Position numbers and translations under genes: made by a program. A stretch of DNA of 32,000 nt from an archaeon. Its GTDB lineage: Archaea > Asgardarchaeota > Thorarchaeia > Thorarchaeales > Thorarchaeaceae. The notes below the pieces were generated by a model. It saw only the letters and a program-made list of their open reading frames with translations. It made no database searches and was not told where the DNA came from. The stretch is from the NCBI GenBank assembly GCA_024275415.1, contig JAJRZD010000043.1, positions 1 through 32,000 of the forward strand, given 5' to 3'. Shown piece by piece: positions 17,621 through 26,816 of the stretch (the stretch's first letter is position 1; every line of letters starts with the position of its first letter).

Positions 17621-18996
17621 TGCAGTTCCTCCTTCGGGATCATGATACCTCGTTGAAGGATATTCTTCGGGTCAAGAGTCTTCTTCAGCATCTTCAACAG
17701 CCTGTAATAACCAGTGTCATGGGACGCAAGGTACGGCATGAGTCCATCCTTTCCCCCAATGCCATACGGCACAAGTGGGCCCTCATGACATATCTCATTG
17801 ATTTCATTTGCCAGTTTGATAATCTCATCCCATTCCTCGGGTTCTTTGTAATTTGTGACCATAAATGCCAACCAAGAACGGGGCACGACTTGACCACCGA
17901 ATCCGGCTTTCTTGTAGCCCCTCTTCTCTACCAGTTCTTCCTTCCACACTTTGTAGAGAAAGCGTATTTTGTCGATGGCGATGGTACCAGCCCCGAAGAA
18001 ATGCCAGACCCCAGCGGCAAAGATATCGGTTAATCCTGTCAGTATCCTGTCGAAGTAGTCGTGTGCCGGGGCTGGATCCATACTCTCATAGCCATGCTCT
18101 TTGAGCCATTGAAGAATCCTCCTCTTCCTGTGATCGATTATTTCCTCTTCATAGCCAAACACATCCATCATCACGAGAAAGGCATCAGGCTCATTTGGGT
18201 CAACCCAGAGATAGATTCCCTGAAGGTACTCGTCTCCCACATGACGATTGATGAAATGTCCGAACTCTATAACATCATCTAACGAAGACATCATAGTGAG
18301 CAGTCGCTCCTTAAAATTACTCACAGGTCTTATCCGTAGCGTGAGCTCAGTGCAGACACCAAGGACTCCTTCTGCACCGATGAACATCCCCGCAAGATCA
18401 GGCCCTAAGCATTGACGCTTGATTTTACCAGCGCCTGGCCAGGCTGCACTCCCCGTTTCGACGATATCACCATTCGGTAATACCATCTGCAGGGTTATCA
18501 CATCAGAATCTCCGTGGTACCCGAATTTGGCGGTTGAGTGAGGACCACTCCCTGCCTTCATCACTGAGCCCCCTACAGTCATCGCAGGGCCTCCCGCTTC
18601 ACTACAGAGATATGTAAGTCCCTGTTTTCGAAGCTCCCTATCTAGTTTTGAGAAGGTGCAACTTGGCTGCACAGTTACCGTGAGGTTCCTCTCATCAATG
18701 TCCAATATCTGATTCATCCTTGCCATATCGAGAAGGATGCCTGGCTCTTGGGGGAGATACGCATCCCAGTGAGAGGTGCCGCCCCCGCGGATATAGACAG
18801 GGATGTCATGTTCATTTGCAATCCGGAGAATCTCTTGGATTTCCTCCTTGGTTTCAGGCATGACTACATGAGTCGGGAACTTCTGTCGTGCAGGGCTAAG
18901 GTCTCGGGAGTACGGTATTATGTCAAAATCCTTGTCAGTGACTCTTTCGGGCCCAACAATCGATGACAACAGACTAGTGATGTCAACATCAGCCAT
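17617..18996 (-). CDS. FAD-binding oxidoreductase, VAO/GlcD/D-lactate dehydrogenase family
   Basis: P..VVMPETKEE, IRGGGTS, LDMARMNQILDID, TVGG, VLPNGDIV, GAEGVLGVCTELTL, C-terminal LKKTLDPKNIL. Confidence 0.9.
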   Translation of the reverse strand: MADVDITSLLSSIVGPERVTDKDFDIIPYSRDLSPARQKFPTHVVMPETKEEIQEILRIANEHDIPVYIRGGGTSHWDAYLPQEPGILLDMARMNQILDIDERNLTVTVQPSCTFSKLDRELRKQGLTYLCSEAGGPAMTVGGSVMKAGSGPHSTAKFGYHGDSDVITLQMVLPNGDIVETGSAAWPGAGKIKRQCLGPDLAGMFIGAEGVLGVCTELTLRIRPVSNFKERLLTMMSSLDDVIEFGHFINRHVGDEYLQGIYLWVDPNEPDAFLVMMDVFGYEEEIIDHRKRRILQWLKEHGYESMDPAPAHDYFDRILTGLTDIFAAGVWHFFGAGTIAIDKIRFLYKVWKEELVEKRGYKKAGFGGQVVPRSWLAFMVTNYKEPEEWDEIIKLANEINEICHEGPLVPYGIGGKDGLMPYLASHDTGYYRLLKMLKKTLDPKNILQRGIMIPKEELQ

Positions 18997-19101
18997 GGAA
19001 TTTCACTCCATAATCTGAAGAAGTGGTATGCTCAATATTAAACACTCCGGTCGAACATTAACACGCTTTAAGATTCTGCTTCGAATGAGTTTAATATCAT
19101 A

Positions 19102-20268
19102 GTGCATACGAAAAAGTGGAAGGTCTTTGTCATGAAGGCTCGTGAGAGATTCTACAAGGCGATGGAACACGAAGAACCAGACCGCGTCCCGTTAGACATC
19201 TGGATAACCCCCGCAGCATATGAAACTACCAAAAAGCATCTGGGTCTAGACGTTCCAGAAGAGCAGGAATGGGGAATAATGGCACCTCTTAAAGTTTCAG
19301 AGGAATTCCTCAGACGGCTACACATTGATTTTAGACGTGTGTACATGAATCCGGCAGCCGGTTTCAAGATGACGACCTACCCTGATGGCTCGACTGACAC
19401 AGAGTACGGTTTCCGGGGAAAATGGTTCGGCCCGTATTGGGAAATCACTTATCACCCATGGGCTGAGTTCACCGAGGTCGAGCAGGTTCTGCAGTACGAA
19501 TGGCCAGACCCAGAAGACCCTTCTCGGATGGAGGGCGTCACAGAATGGGCGAAACACCTGCACGAGGAAACAGACTATGCAGTGGTGGGTATGGTCGGTG
19601 GCCCCTGGGGTGTCTTCGAGATCAGTGCCCATTATATGCGTGGATTCCAGAAATTCTTGCTGGACTTGATGAAAAGACCTGATCTGGCAGACGCCATGAT
19701 GAAAAAATCGATGGCTCTGGCTTTGGACATGAATCGAGTCTTCCTCGATGAGATAGGCGACTATCTTGACATTGTTCTGGTCGGGGATGATCTTGGACAT
19801 CAGCATGGGCTGCTTATGAGTCCAAAAATGTACCGGGAGCACATCAAGCCATTGCATAAGAGAATCTATGGCGACATCCACAGACGTGCACCTCATGTCA
19901 AGATTCTGTATCATAGCTGTGGAGCAATTGAGCCGATGATTAATGATCTCATCGAGGTAGGAGTGGACATCCTGAACCCTATCCAGCCATTGGCGAAAGG
20001 AATGGATTCCTTCGGCTTGAAGCAAAGATACGGGGACAGGCTGTCATTCCACGGTGCCATAGACCTTCAACATGCAATGTCTGAGAAGGGAACCATAGAG
20101 GATCTCCATCGAGAGATAGACATACGAATCACAGCATTGGCTCCTGATGGAGGTTACATCTTTGCGCCTGCTCACAATATTCAGCCTGACTCGAGTGCCG
20201 AGAAAATCATCGAGATGTATGACTATGCGGAGAGAAGAGGACAGTATCCAATAATGCCTATGGAATAG
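19102..20268 (+). CDS. Uroporphyrinogen decarboxylase-family protein (MtaA/CmuA-like; start probably ATG 19132)
   Basis: EPDRVP, GDDLGHQHG, YHSCG, LNPIQP, FHGAID, GGYIFAPAHNIQ. Confidence 0.85.
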   Translation: MHTKKWKVFVMKARERFYKAMEHEEPDRVPLDIWITPAAYETTKKHLGLDVPEEQEWGIMAPLKVSEEFLRRLHIDFRRVYMNPAAGFKMTTYPDGSTDTEYGFRGKWFGPYWEITYHPWAEFTEVEQVLQYEWPDPEDPSRMEGVTEWAKHLHEETDYAVVGMVGGPWGVFEISAHYMRGFQKFLLDLMKRPDLADAMMKKSMALALDMNRVFLDEIGDYLDIVLVGDDLGHQHGLLMSPKMYREHIKPLHKRIYGDIHRRAPHVKILYHSCGAIEPMINDLIEVGVDILNPIQPLAKGMDSFGLKQRYGDRLSFHGAIDLQHAMSEKGTIEDLHREIDIRITALAPDGGYIFAPAHNIQPDSSAEKIIEMYDYAERRGQYPIMPME

Positions 20269-20920
20269 GTCGTTCTTTATGCAGGTCGTGAGGGTCGTTT
20301 CCCTCTTTGAGCCGCTCCTCCCACCAGCGGTCAGTCCCCACGACTTCCTCCGCAGCATCAAGGACTTTGTCTACCACATCTATTGGGATTACCACAACGC
20401 CATCACCATCACCAAAGACCAAATCCCCAGGATGAACCGTCACACCACCACATACGATTGGCTTGTTCATTGATTCCATGTCCATCCGCCCGCGCATCGT
20501 TCCCGGATGGCGACCCCTCGCATAGACGGGGAACTGCATCCTGTCGATGTCGCTTATGTCCCTGACGGTACCATCTATCACGGCACCCCTGACTCCGAGT
20601 GGCAATCCTATCCTTGTCAGCACCTGCCCCCATGCAGAGCAGTCGTTGGCACCTGATGTGTCAATCAAGATGACATCACCACTAGACGCCTTTGTTGCAA
20701 GGGACATGAAGAGATCCAGCTGATGTTCGTCATACGGGTGATTCACTGGAGATCGTACGAGCTTGCCAGTCCTTGCAAAGCCAATCATTTGGCATGTCTG
20801 TGTTAAGGGACGGATACCTGAGTCCATGCACACTCTCCGCAATCCAATGGTGTCTGCTGCATCCGAGATAGCTGCTGCATAGAGGTTCGATGCCCTCCTG
20901 ATAATCTCGTTCTTGTCCAC
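20258..20920 (-). CDS. RraA family / HMG-CHA aldolase-like protein
   Basis: AISDAAD, GDVILID, SAWGQ, GAVIDGTVRDI, VHPGDLVFGDGDGVVVIP. Confidence 0.88.
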   Translation of the reverse strand: MDKNEIIRRASNLYAAAISDAADTIGLRRVCMDSGIRPLTQTCQMIGFARTGKLVRSPVNHPYDEHQLDLFMSLATKASSGDVILIDTSGANDCSAWGQVLTRIGLPLGVRGAVIDGTVRDISDIDRMQFPVYARGRHPGTMRGRMDMESMNKPIVCGGVTVHPGDLVFGDGDGVVVIPIDVVDKVLDAAEEVVGTDRWWEERLKEGNDPHDLHKERPIP

Positions 20921-20927
20921 TTGTACA

Positions 20928-21410
20928 TCATTCCTTACTTTTCTCGAATCTGTATATACAGTACTTGTCCCCTCGCATCATACATCTTGTCAACAGCAAT
21001 CTTGTACTCGGATCAACAGCCTGTCCAATTCCTTCATCGATTTTCGTGACCCAGTGGCATATATCTTCCTTAGCACTCAATGACCTAAACCCCTCAAGCC
21101 AGGGACAGTGGGTGACCTTGATTTCCATCTCGTCTGGAGTGTCCAATATCTTCTCAAGATCGAACCCAAAATAGGGGTGTGCCTGCTCGAAGAAGTCGTA
21201 GATAGATGATAGGTCGCCTTTTCGTAACGTCCCATTCTGAATGCCATCAGTGCCGAGATGAAGTCCGTGGATCCGATTTGCTTCTGCGATTTCCTGTAGA
21301 CCGGATTCGCCCGCAATTCTCCGAATGGCTTCAACGTACAATGCATGAGCGCTTGCTAGGGTGAACATGTTCACTTGTCGGACATCTTCAGCCGTTGGTT
21401 TCTGCATCAA
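20928..21410 (-). CDS. L-2-amino-thiazoline-4-carboxylate hydrolase-like (V4R-related) protein
   Basis: VTHCPW, EDICHW...D, LTRCMMRGDKYCIYRF Cys pattern. Confidence 0.7.
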   Translation of the reverse strand: MMQKPTAEDVRQVNMFTLASAHALYVEAIRRIAGESGLQEIAEANRIHGLHLGTDGIQNGTLRKGDLSSIYDFFEQAHPYFGFDLEKILDTPDEMEIKVTHCPWLEGFRSLSAKEDICHWVTKIDEGIGQAVDPSTRLLLTRCMMRGDKYCIYRFEKSKE

Positions 21411-21528
21411 GGTTTCACAGAATCATTAACATCAAAGCACCTCATTAAACTTGTCTTAATGAGAACCATGTTCCCTTTAATAGGATATATAACTAGGGGC
21501 ACAGCCCGCCAAGTACAGGTGTTGGTTT

Positions 21529-22689
21529 GTGCTAGCAAGACGGAATCAGCATATCATGGCGAGCGAGATTAGACTTATTTTCAACAAGATTGTGGGACGG
21601 TCTGACATCGTCGACCTCACAGTCGGACTTCCTGACTACGACACACCAGACTACATCAAAGAAGCCGCAAAGGACGCGCTGGATCAGGGCTATACTCGTT
21701 ACACTCACAATGCTGGGTATATCGAAACAAGAGAAGCCATGTCAAAAAAGCTGAAGCATGACAATGGGATCACCGCAGATCCTGAGAGCGAGGTCATGAT
21801 GACCGCAGGAGGGATGGGCGCATTGCTCCTTGCAAACCTCGTTCTTATCGACCCTGGTGATGAGGTCATCTATCCGGATCCGGGATTCGTGAGCCATCCT
21901 GCACATATCGAGTTGGCAGGTGGAATTGGAGTGCCAGTGAAGCTGAAAAAGGCAAACAATTTTGGCATGTCAGCAGATGATGTCGAGGCATTGATCACCG
22001 ACAAGACTAAGGCGCTCGTCCTCAATTCACCTAATAATCCGACAGGTGGTGTCACGCCAGAAAAGGAGCTACGGAAGATAGCAGACCTAGCCGAACAGCA
22101 CGATTTCTATATACTCGCAGACGAGGCCTATGAGAAATACGTTTACGATGGGAAAAAGCCGAGCTTCATAGGGTCGTTCCCGGGGATGATGGAACGGACA
22201 ATCTCCATTTTCTCACTATCAAAGTCCTATGCCATGACAGGATGGCGAATTGGTGCTGTGGCGGGCCCTAGCGAGGTCGTGCAGGCGATGGTGAAGCTAC
22301 AGGAACATGTTCTGGCTATGCCCACATCAATCGCACAGAAGGCAGCAGAGGCAGCTGTTACTGGATCACAAGACTGTATTAGAGATATGCTGGCTACATT
22401 CTCAAGGCGAAGAGACCTCATAACCAAGGGGCTGAATGCTATTGAAGGTGTAGAGATGAAACCACCTGGTGGCGCATTCTATGCTTTCCCTGACATGTCT
22501 GCATTCAACATGTCATCGCAGGAGTTAGTGATGAACATTCTGGACAATACTAACGTGGCAACAGTTCACGGGTCTGCCTTTGGGAAATACGGCGAAGGAT
22601 TCCTACGATTATGTTATGCCGTATCTACAGAAAGAATCGAGGAGGCACTATCACGATTAGACTCATACCTCCACAAGCTTCTGAGATGA
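21529..22689 (+). CDS. PLP-dependent aminotransferase class I/II (AspAT-like; start probably ATG 21556)
   Basis: LNSPNNPTG, DEAYE, SLSKSYAMTGWRIG (PLP lysine), GAFYAF, GEGFLRL. Confidence 0.93.
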   Translation: MLARRNQHIMASEIRLIFNKIVGRSDIVDLTVGLPDYDTPDYIKEAAKDALDQGYTRYTHNAGYIETREAMSKKLKHDNGITADPESEVMMTAGGMGALLLANLVLIDPGDEVIYPDPGFVSHPAHIELAGGIGVPVKLKKANNFGMSADDVEALITDKTKALVLNSPNNPTGGVTPEKELRKIADLAEQHDFYILADEAYEKYVYDGKKPSFIGSFPGMMERTISIFSLSKSYAMTGWRIGAVAGPSEVVQAMVKLQEHVLAMPTSIAQKAAEAAVTGSQDCIRDMLATFSRRRDLITKGLNAIEGVEMKPPGGAFYAFPDMSAFNMSSQELVMNILDNTNVATVHGSAFGKYGEGFLRLCYAVSTERIEEALSRLDSYLHKLLR

Positions 22690-22739
22690 TGGTGTCCCAT
22701 TCGAAAAGTAAAAGTAGGAATTCTTAGAATGACTTTAAG

Positions 22740-25085
22740 ATGACTTTAAGAACAAATCGCTTGAAGGAGAACGTGCTTTTCTCAGAACCAACGATATCCT
22801 CAGAGCGGGCTAGGATCTTCACCGAGTCAGTCAAGGAGAATGAGCGCGACCCAACCGGAATCCGACTGGCAAAAGCTTTCGCTGATGTTCTTGACCAGAT
22901 GACTATTCGGATTGAGGATGGTGAAATGATTGTTGGGAATATGGGCCCCACTCCACGCTCCTGTCAGGTCTTTCCGGAATATAGCTGGACTTGGATAGCG
23001 GACGAGCTTGACCGCCTTGAACATAGAAGGACAGAGCGATTTGTAATCTCAGACGATGATAAACGAACTCTTCGTAGGGTGTTCGAGTACTGGAAAGGAA
23101 AAAGCACCGCAGAAATAGCGATGGGAAAGATACCTGAGCAATCCAAGAAGGCATCGAAGGCGGGACTCTTCACGATTGGTGCACCTGGAACAGGGATTGG
23201 ACATGTCATCGTAGACTACCAACGGGTAATTAGAGTTGGAATAAAAGGACTCCTAGCAGAGATTGCTCAAAGGAAGCCTGATGCCGATGAGAACGCAAGA
23301 ATCCTCTATGAGGCGATGGAGATACAGCTTGATGCGGTCATAAGATTCGCACATCGTTTTAGCACACTTGCCAGTGACATGGCATCCATCGAGGAGGAGC
23401 CAGTTCGACAAGCAGAACTAAAGGAGATCTCAAGGATTTGCCGAGTCGTTCCCGAGAATCCTGCGAAAACATTCCACGAAGCATTACAATCATTTTGGTT
23501 CATCCACCTGCTGACACAGATAGAGTCGAACGGGCATTCAATGTCAACGGGTCGCTTCGACCAGTACCTATACCCATTCCTTGAGCAAGATCTTGAAGAA
23601 GGTAGGCTTTCAGAAGATGACGCAATCGAACTCCTTGAGATGCTATGGATCAAGTTCAGCTCGTTAATCAAGCTGAGGAACGAGTACTATAGTATTGCAT
23701 TCGCAGGGCACCCGATGTTCCAGAACCTTACGCTGGGTGGACAGGACAAGAATGGGAACGACGCCTGCAATCTCCTGACAAAACTTGCATTACAGGCGAC
23801 ATCCAACATCCAAGTCACACAGCCGACGGTATCATTCCGCTGGCATGAAAAGACACCAAGATCGATGAAAGAACAGGTGATTGACCTCGTATCCAAGGGT
23901 CTTGGGATGCCAGGGATTTTCAACGACGAAGTAATCATCCCAATGATGAAGGAGAAGGGAACAGACCCCAGAGAATGCTACAACTACTCGATCCTTGGCT
24001 GTGTGGAACCGATAATCGAAGGGAAATCGGATCCACGACCAAACATCGGTTATGTCAACCTTCCCAAGATATTGGAAATCACACTAAACAATGGCATAGA
24101 TCCAAAGACTGGAGAGCAGGTAGGACTGCAAACAGGAAATCCCACTGAATTCAGCAGTTTCGAAGACCTCTGGAACGCATATCAGGAACAGATTGACTAT
24201 GCAATAGAGATGCTCACTGAGGCTGACCGGGTGGCTGCGAGGGTACTCGCTGAGTACAAACCAACACCGTTCATCTCATCATTGCTCCAAGGCTGTATTG
24301 AAAACGGGAAATCCATGCAGGATGGGGGTGCTGTCTATAATTCAGGCGGAATCATGGGTGTTGGACTGGCAATTGCAGCAGACTCGCTGGAGAACATCCG
24401 TTTCTTCGTCTTTGACAGGAAAGAGGTATCCATGAAGGATTTGCTGGATGCTCTTTCGAGGGACTTCGATGGTTATGAAATTCTCCGTCAGAAGCTCCTG
24501 AAACATCCTCGAAAATACGGGAATGACATCGAGGATGTCGATTTCCTAGCGCGGGACACAGGTAGGACATTCTGCAACGCTATTCAGAAACGTATGACCA
24601 CGAGGAACGGATCTTATCATGGAGCGCTGTTCTCCGTTTCGATGTACATCCCTCAAGGAGAAGTGCTTGGTGCGACACCAGATGGTCGGAGGGCTGGACT
24701 CATGGTATCCGACGGGGTTTCACCGGCACAGAACAGAGACCTCAACGGCCCCACTGCAGCGATGAAATCAGTGGCAAGACTCGATCATGGGCTGTGCTAC
24801 AACGGGACTCTCTACAACATGAAGTTCACTCCAGACCTGTTCGCATCGCCAGCGAACCGTGAGAAGTTCTCCCAATTGATTGATGCATATTTCAAGCTAG
24901 GCGGACTCCACATCCAGTTCAACGTCGTGTCACGAGAAGTACTTGAGGACGCAAAGACCCATCCAGAGAACCACAGGAACCTCATAGTAAGGGTCGCAGG
25001 ATACAGTGCCTTCTTCGTAGAACTGGATCCCTTTGTGCAGGACGAGATAATTGCTCGGACTGAATTCACTGCAGGTCACCTTTGA
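22740..25085 (+). CDS. Glycyl radical enzyme, PFL-like/diol-dehydratase-type eliminase
   Basis: 781 aa; ESNGHS, GRFDQY, FQNLTLGG, GCVEP (Cys421), TPDGR, RVAGYS (Gly754). The single-Cys GCVE motif argues against true PFL. Confidence 0.93.
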   Translation: MTLRTNRLKENVLFSEPTISSERARIFTESVKENERDPTGIRLAKAFADVLDQMTIRIEDGEMIVGNMGPTPRSCQVFPEYSWTWIADELDRLEHRRTERFVISDDDKRTLRRVFEYWKGKSTAEIAMGKIPEQSKKASKAGLFTIGAPGTGIGHVIVDYQRVIRVGIKGLLAEIAQRKPDADENARILYEAMEIQLDAVIRFAHRFSTLASDMASIEEEPVRQAELKEISRICRVVPENPAKTFHEALQSFWFIHLLTQIESNGHSMSTGRFDQYLYPFLEQDLEEGRLSEDDAIELLEMLWIKFSSLIKLRNEYYSIAFAGHPMFQNLTLGGQDKNGNDACNLLTKLALQATSNIQVTQPTVSFRWHEKTPRSMKEQVIDLVSKGLGMPGIFNDEVIIPMMKEKGTDPRECYNYSILGCVEPIIEGKSDPRPNIGYVNLPKILEITLNNGIDPKTGEQVGLQTGNPTEFSSFEDLWNAYQEQIDYAIEMLTEADRVAARVLAEYKPTPFISSLLQGCIENGKSMQDGGAVYNSGGIMGVGLAIAADSLENIRFFVFDRKEVSMKDLLDALSRDFDGYEILRQKLLKHPRKYGNDIEDVDFLARDTGRTFCNAIQKRMTTRNGSYHGALFSVSMYIPQGEVLGATPDGRRAGLMVSDGVSPAQNRDLNGPTAAMKSVARLDHGLCYNGTLYNMKFTPDLFASPANREKFSQLIDAYFKLGGLHIQFNVVSREVLEDAKTHPENHRNLIVRVAGYSAFFVELDPFVQDEIIARTEFTAGHL

Positions 25086-25140
25086 CTTTAACAAAAATTT
25101 AAGAACAATGGGGCTTCTTTAGCTTCCTCGTGAGATAAAA

Positions 25141-26136
25141 ATGGGCTTTGATGTGCTGACTTTTGGAGAAGTGATGCTTCGGCTATCCCCACCCGATTTT
25201 ATGAGGATCGAGCAAACTGACAAGTTCAATGCTCATGCCGGAGGGGCAGAGATGAATGTTGCAGTGGCATGTTCACGTCTTGGTCTTTCCTCAGCATATG
25301 TCACCAAGCTAGGTGATAATTCGATTGGACATTTTATCAGAAACCAAGCTCGTATGCATGGCGTTGATACATCCAACATCTTATGGGATCCCGACAGTCG
25401 TTGTGGAGTTTACTTTGTCGAGTTCGGGGCTGCTCCTAGAACCAACAGGGTGATCTACGACCGTAAGCACTCTGCCATCAGCAAGGTCAAACCAGGGGAG
25501 GTGGAGTGGGATAGGCTATTCAAAGAAACATCTTTGTTCCATGCTAGCGGTATTACTCCAGCCCTCAGCAAGTCGTGTGCCGATACGACTCTCGAAGCCC
25601 TCAAATCCGCAAAAGCGAATGACACTGTTGTTTCGTATGATGTGAACTACCGTGGCAAGCTCTGGACTCCAGAAGAAGCAAACAAGTTCACTGAGCCCGC
25701 ATCCGAACTCATTGACATCCTCATCACAACAGAAGAGGACACAAAGGTCGTCTACAGCATCGAGGGGGATAGTTATGAGGAAGTGGCTAAGAAACTCGTC
25801 GAGAAGTTCGGGTTCAAGGTCGTGGTCATCACGCTGCGCGAAACCCCCAGCGTGTGGCGGAACAAATGGTCGGTCTTCGCCTATTCCGAAGGAAAGGTGT
25901 ACAAGAGCCCAGTCTACGATGTGGAAGTCGTCGATAGACTTGGCGGTGGCGACTCGTGCAGTGCAGGTTTCATCTATGGATACCTGAAGTTCAATGACCT
26001 GCAAATGGCTGTAGACTTCGGAGCGGCATTTTCGGCACTCAAACATTCAGTCCCCGGAGACCTCGCGTTCATCAACAAGGAAGAGGTAGAGAAGCTGATG
26101 AAGGGGAGAGAAAGAGGGTTGAGGATAGAGAGGTGA
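25141..26136 (+). CDS. kdgK: PfkB-family sugar kinase, 2-keto-3-deoxygluconate kinase-like
   Basis: FGEVMLRLSP, GGAEMNVA, YDRKHSA, DVNYRGKLW, VDRLGGGDS; adjacent to eda. Confidence 0.85.
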   Translation: MGFDVLTFGEVMLRLSPPDFMRIEQTDKFNAHAGGAEMNVAVACSRLGLSSAYVTKLGDNSIGHFIRNQARMHGVDTSNILWDPDSRCGVYFVEFGAAPRTNRVIYDRKHSAISKVKPGEVEWDRLFKETSLFHASGITPALSKSCADTTLEALKSAKANDTVVSYDVNYRGKLWTPEEANKFTEPASELIDILITTEEDTKVVYSIEGDSYEEVAKKLVEKFGFKVVVITLRETPSVWRNKWSVFAYSEGKVYKSPVYDVEVVDRLGGGDSCSAGFIYGYLKFNDLQMAVDFGAAFSALKHSVPGDLAFINKEEVEKLMKGRERGLRIER

Positions 26137-26816
26137 ATGTAATGGGCTGGAATAAGGAAGATGCAATGAATCTCATCAAAGAAACAGGAATCATCCCGAT
26201 CATCCGTGTGCAGAACCCAGATGATGCCATAATGGTTGCCGATGCGTTCATAGAAGGCGGTATCAACATCATAGAGGTCACATTCAGCGTGCCCAATGCT
26301 ATAGAAGTAGTCGAAGAGCTGTCAAACAGGTTAGGGGACGAAGTGCTCATCGGAACAGGAACCGTCATGGATGGTGTTACCGCCCGAAGAGCGATATTAG
26401 CAGGAGCGGAATTCATCGTCAGCCCCATTTTCTCTCGCGACCTGATAGAAACTGCCAGAAGGTATGCAAAGCCCTGTTTCCCAGGGGCACTCACGCCTAC
26501 TGAAATCGTCACTGCCTATGAGATGGGTGCAGACGCAGTCAAGGTGTTTCCCGCAGGGAACGTAGGTGGTGCAGCTTACATCAAAGCTGTCCGTGCTCCA
26601 ATTTCACACATCCCGCTCATCCCAACTGGTGGGGTGAACTTGGAAACCGCTGGACCACTGCTTGATGCAGGCGCGTTCGCCCTTGGTGTTGGAAGCGCTA
26701 TCACTGACAAGAAGGCAATCGCAGAAGAAAAGTGGGAGATAATAACTGAAAATGTGAGGGAATTCCTCGATGTTGTGAAAGCACATCGAGGACAATCCGA
26801 TGCAAGGATACTATGA
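26133..26816 (+). CDS. eda: KDPG/KHG aldolase (start probably ATG 26142)
   Basis: IIEVT, IGTGTV, FIVSP, PGALTPTEI, VKVFPA (Schiff-base Lys), IPTGGV; GAGGTGA SD overlapping the kdgK stop. Confidence 0.92.
   Translation: MNVMGWNKEDAMNLIKETGIIPIIRVQNPDDAIMVADAFIEGGINIIEVTFSVPNAIEVVEELSNRLGDEVLIGTGTVMDGVTARRAILAGAEFIVSPIFSRDLIETARRYAKPCFPGALTPTEIVTAYEMGADAVKVFPAGNVGGAAYIKAVRAPISHIPLIPTGGVNLETAGPLLDAGAFALGVGSAITDKKAIAEEKWEIITENVREFLDVVKAHRGQSDARIL

Noticed and set aside
20258-26816. Short convergent 3' overlaps (URO-D/RraA 20258-20268; eda/trx 26811-26816)
   Set aside because: Common in compact archaeal genomes; no evidence of special function.
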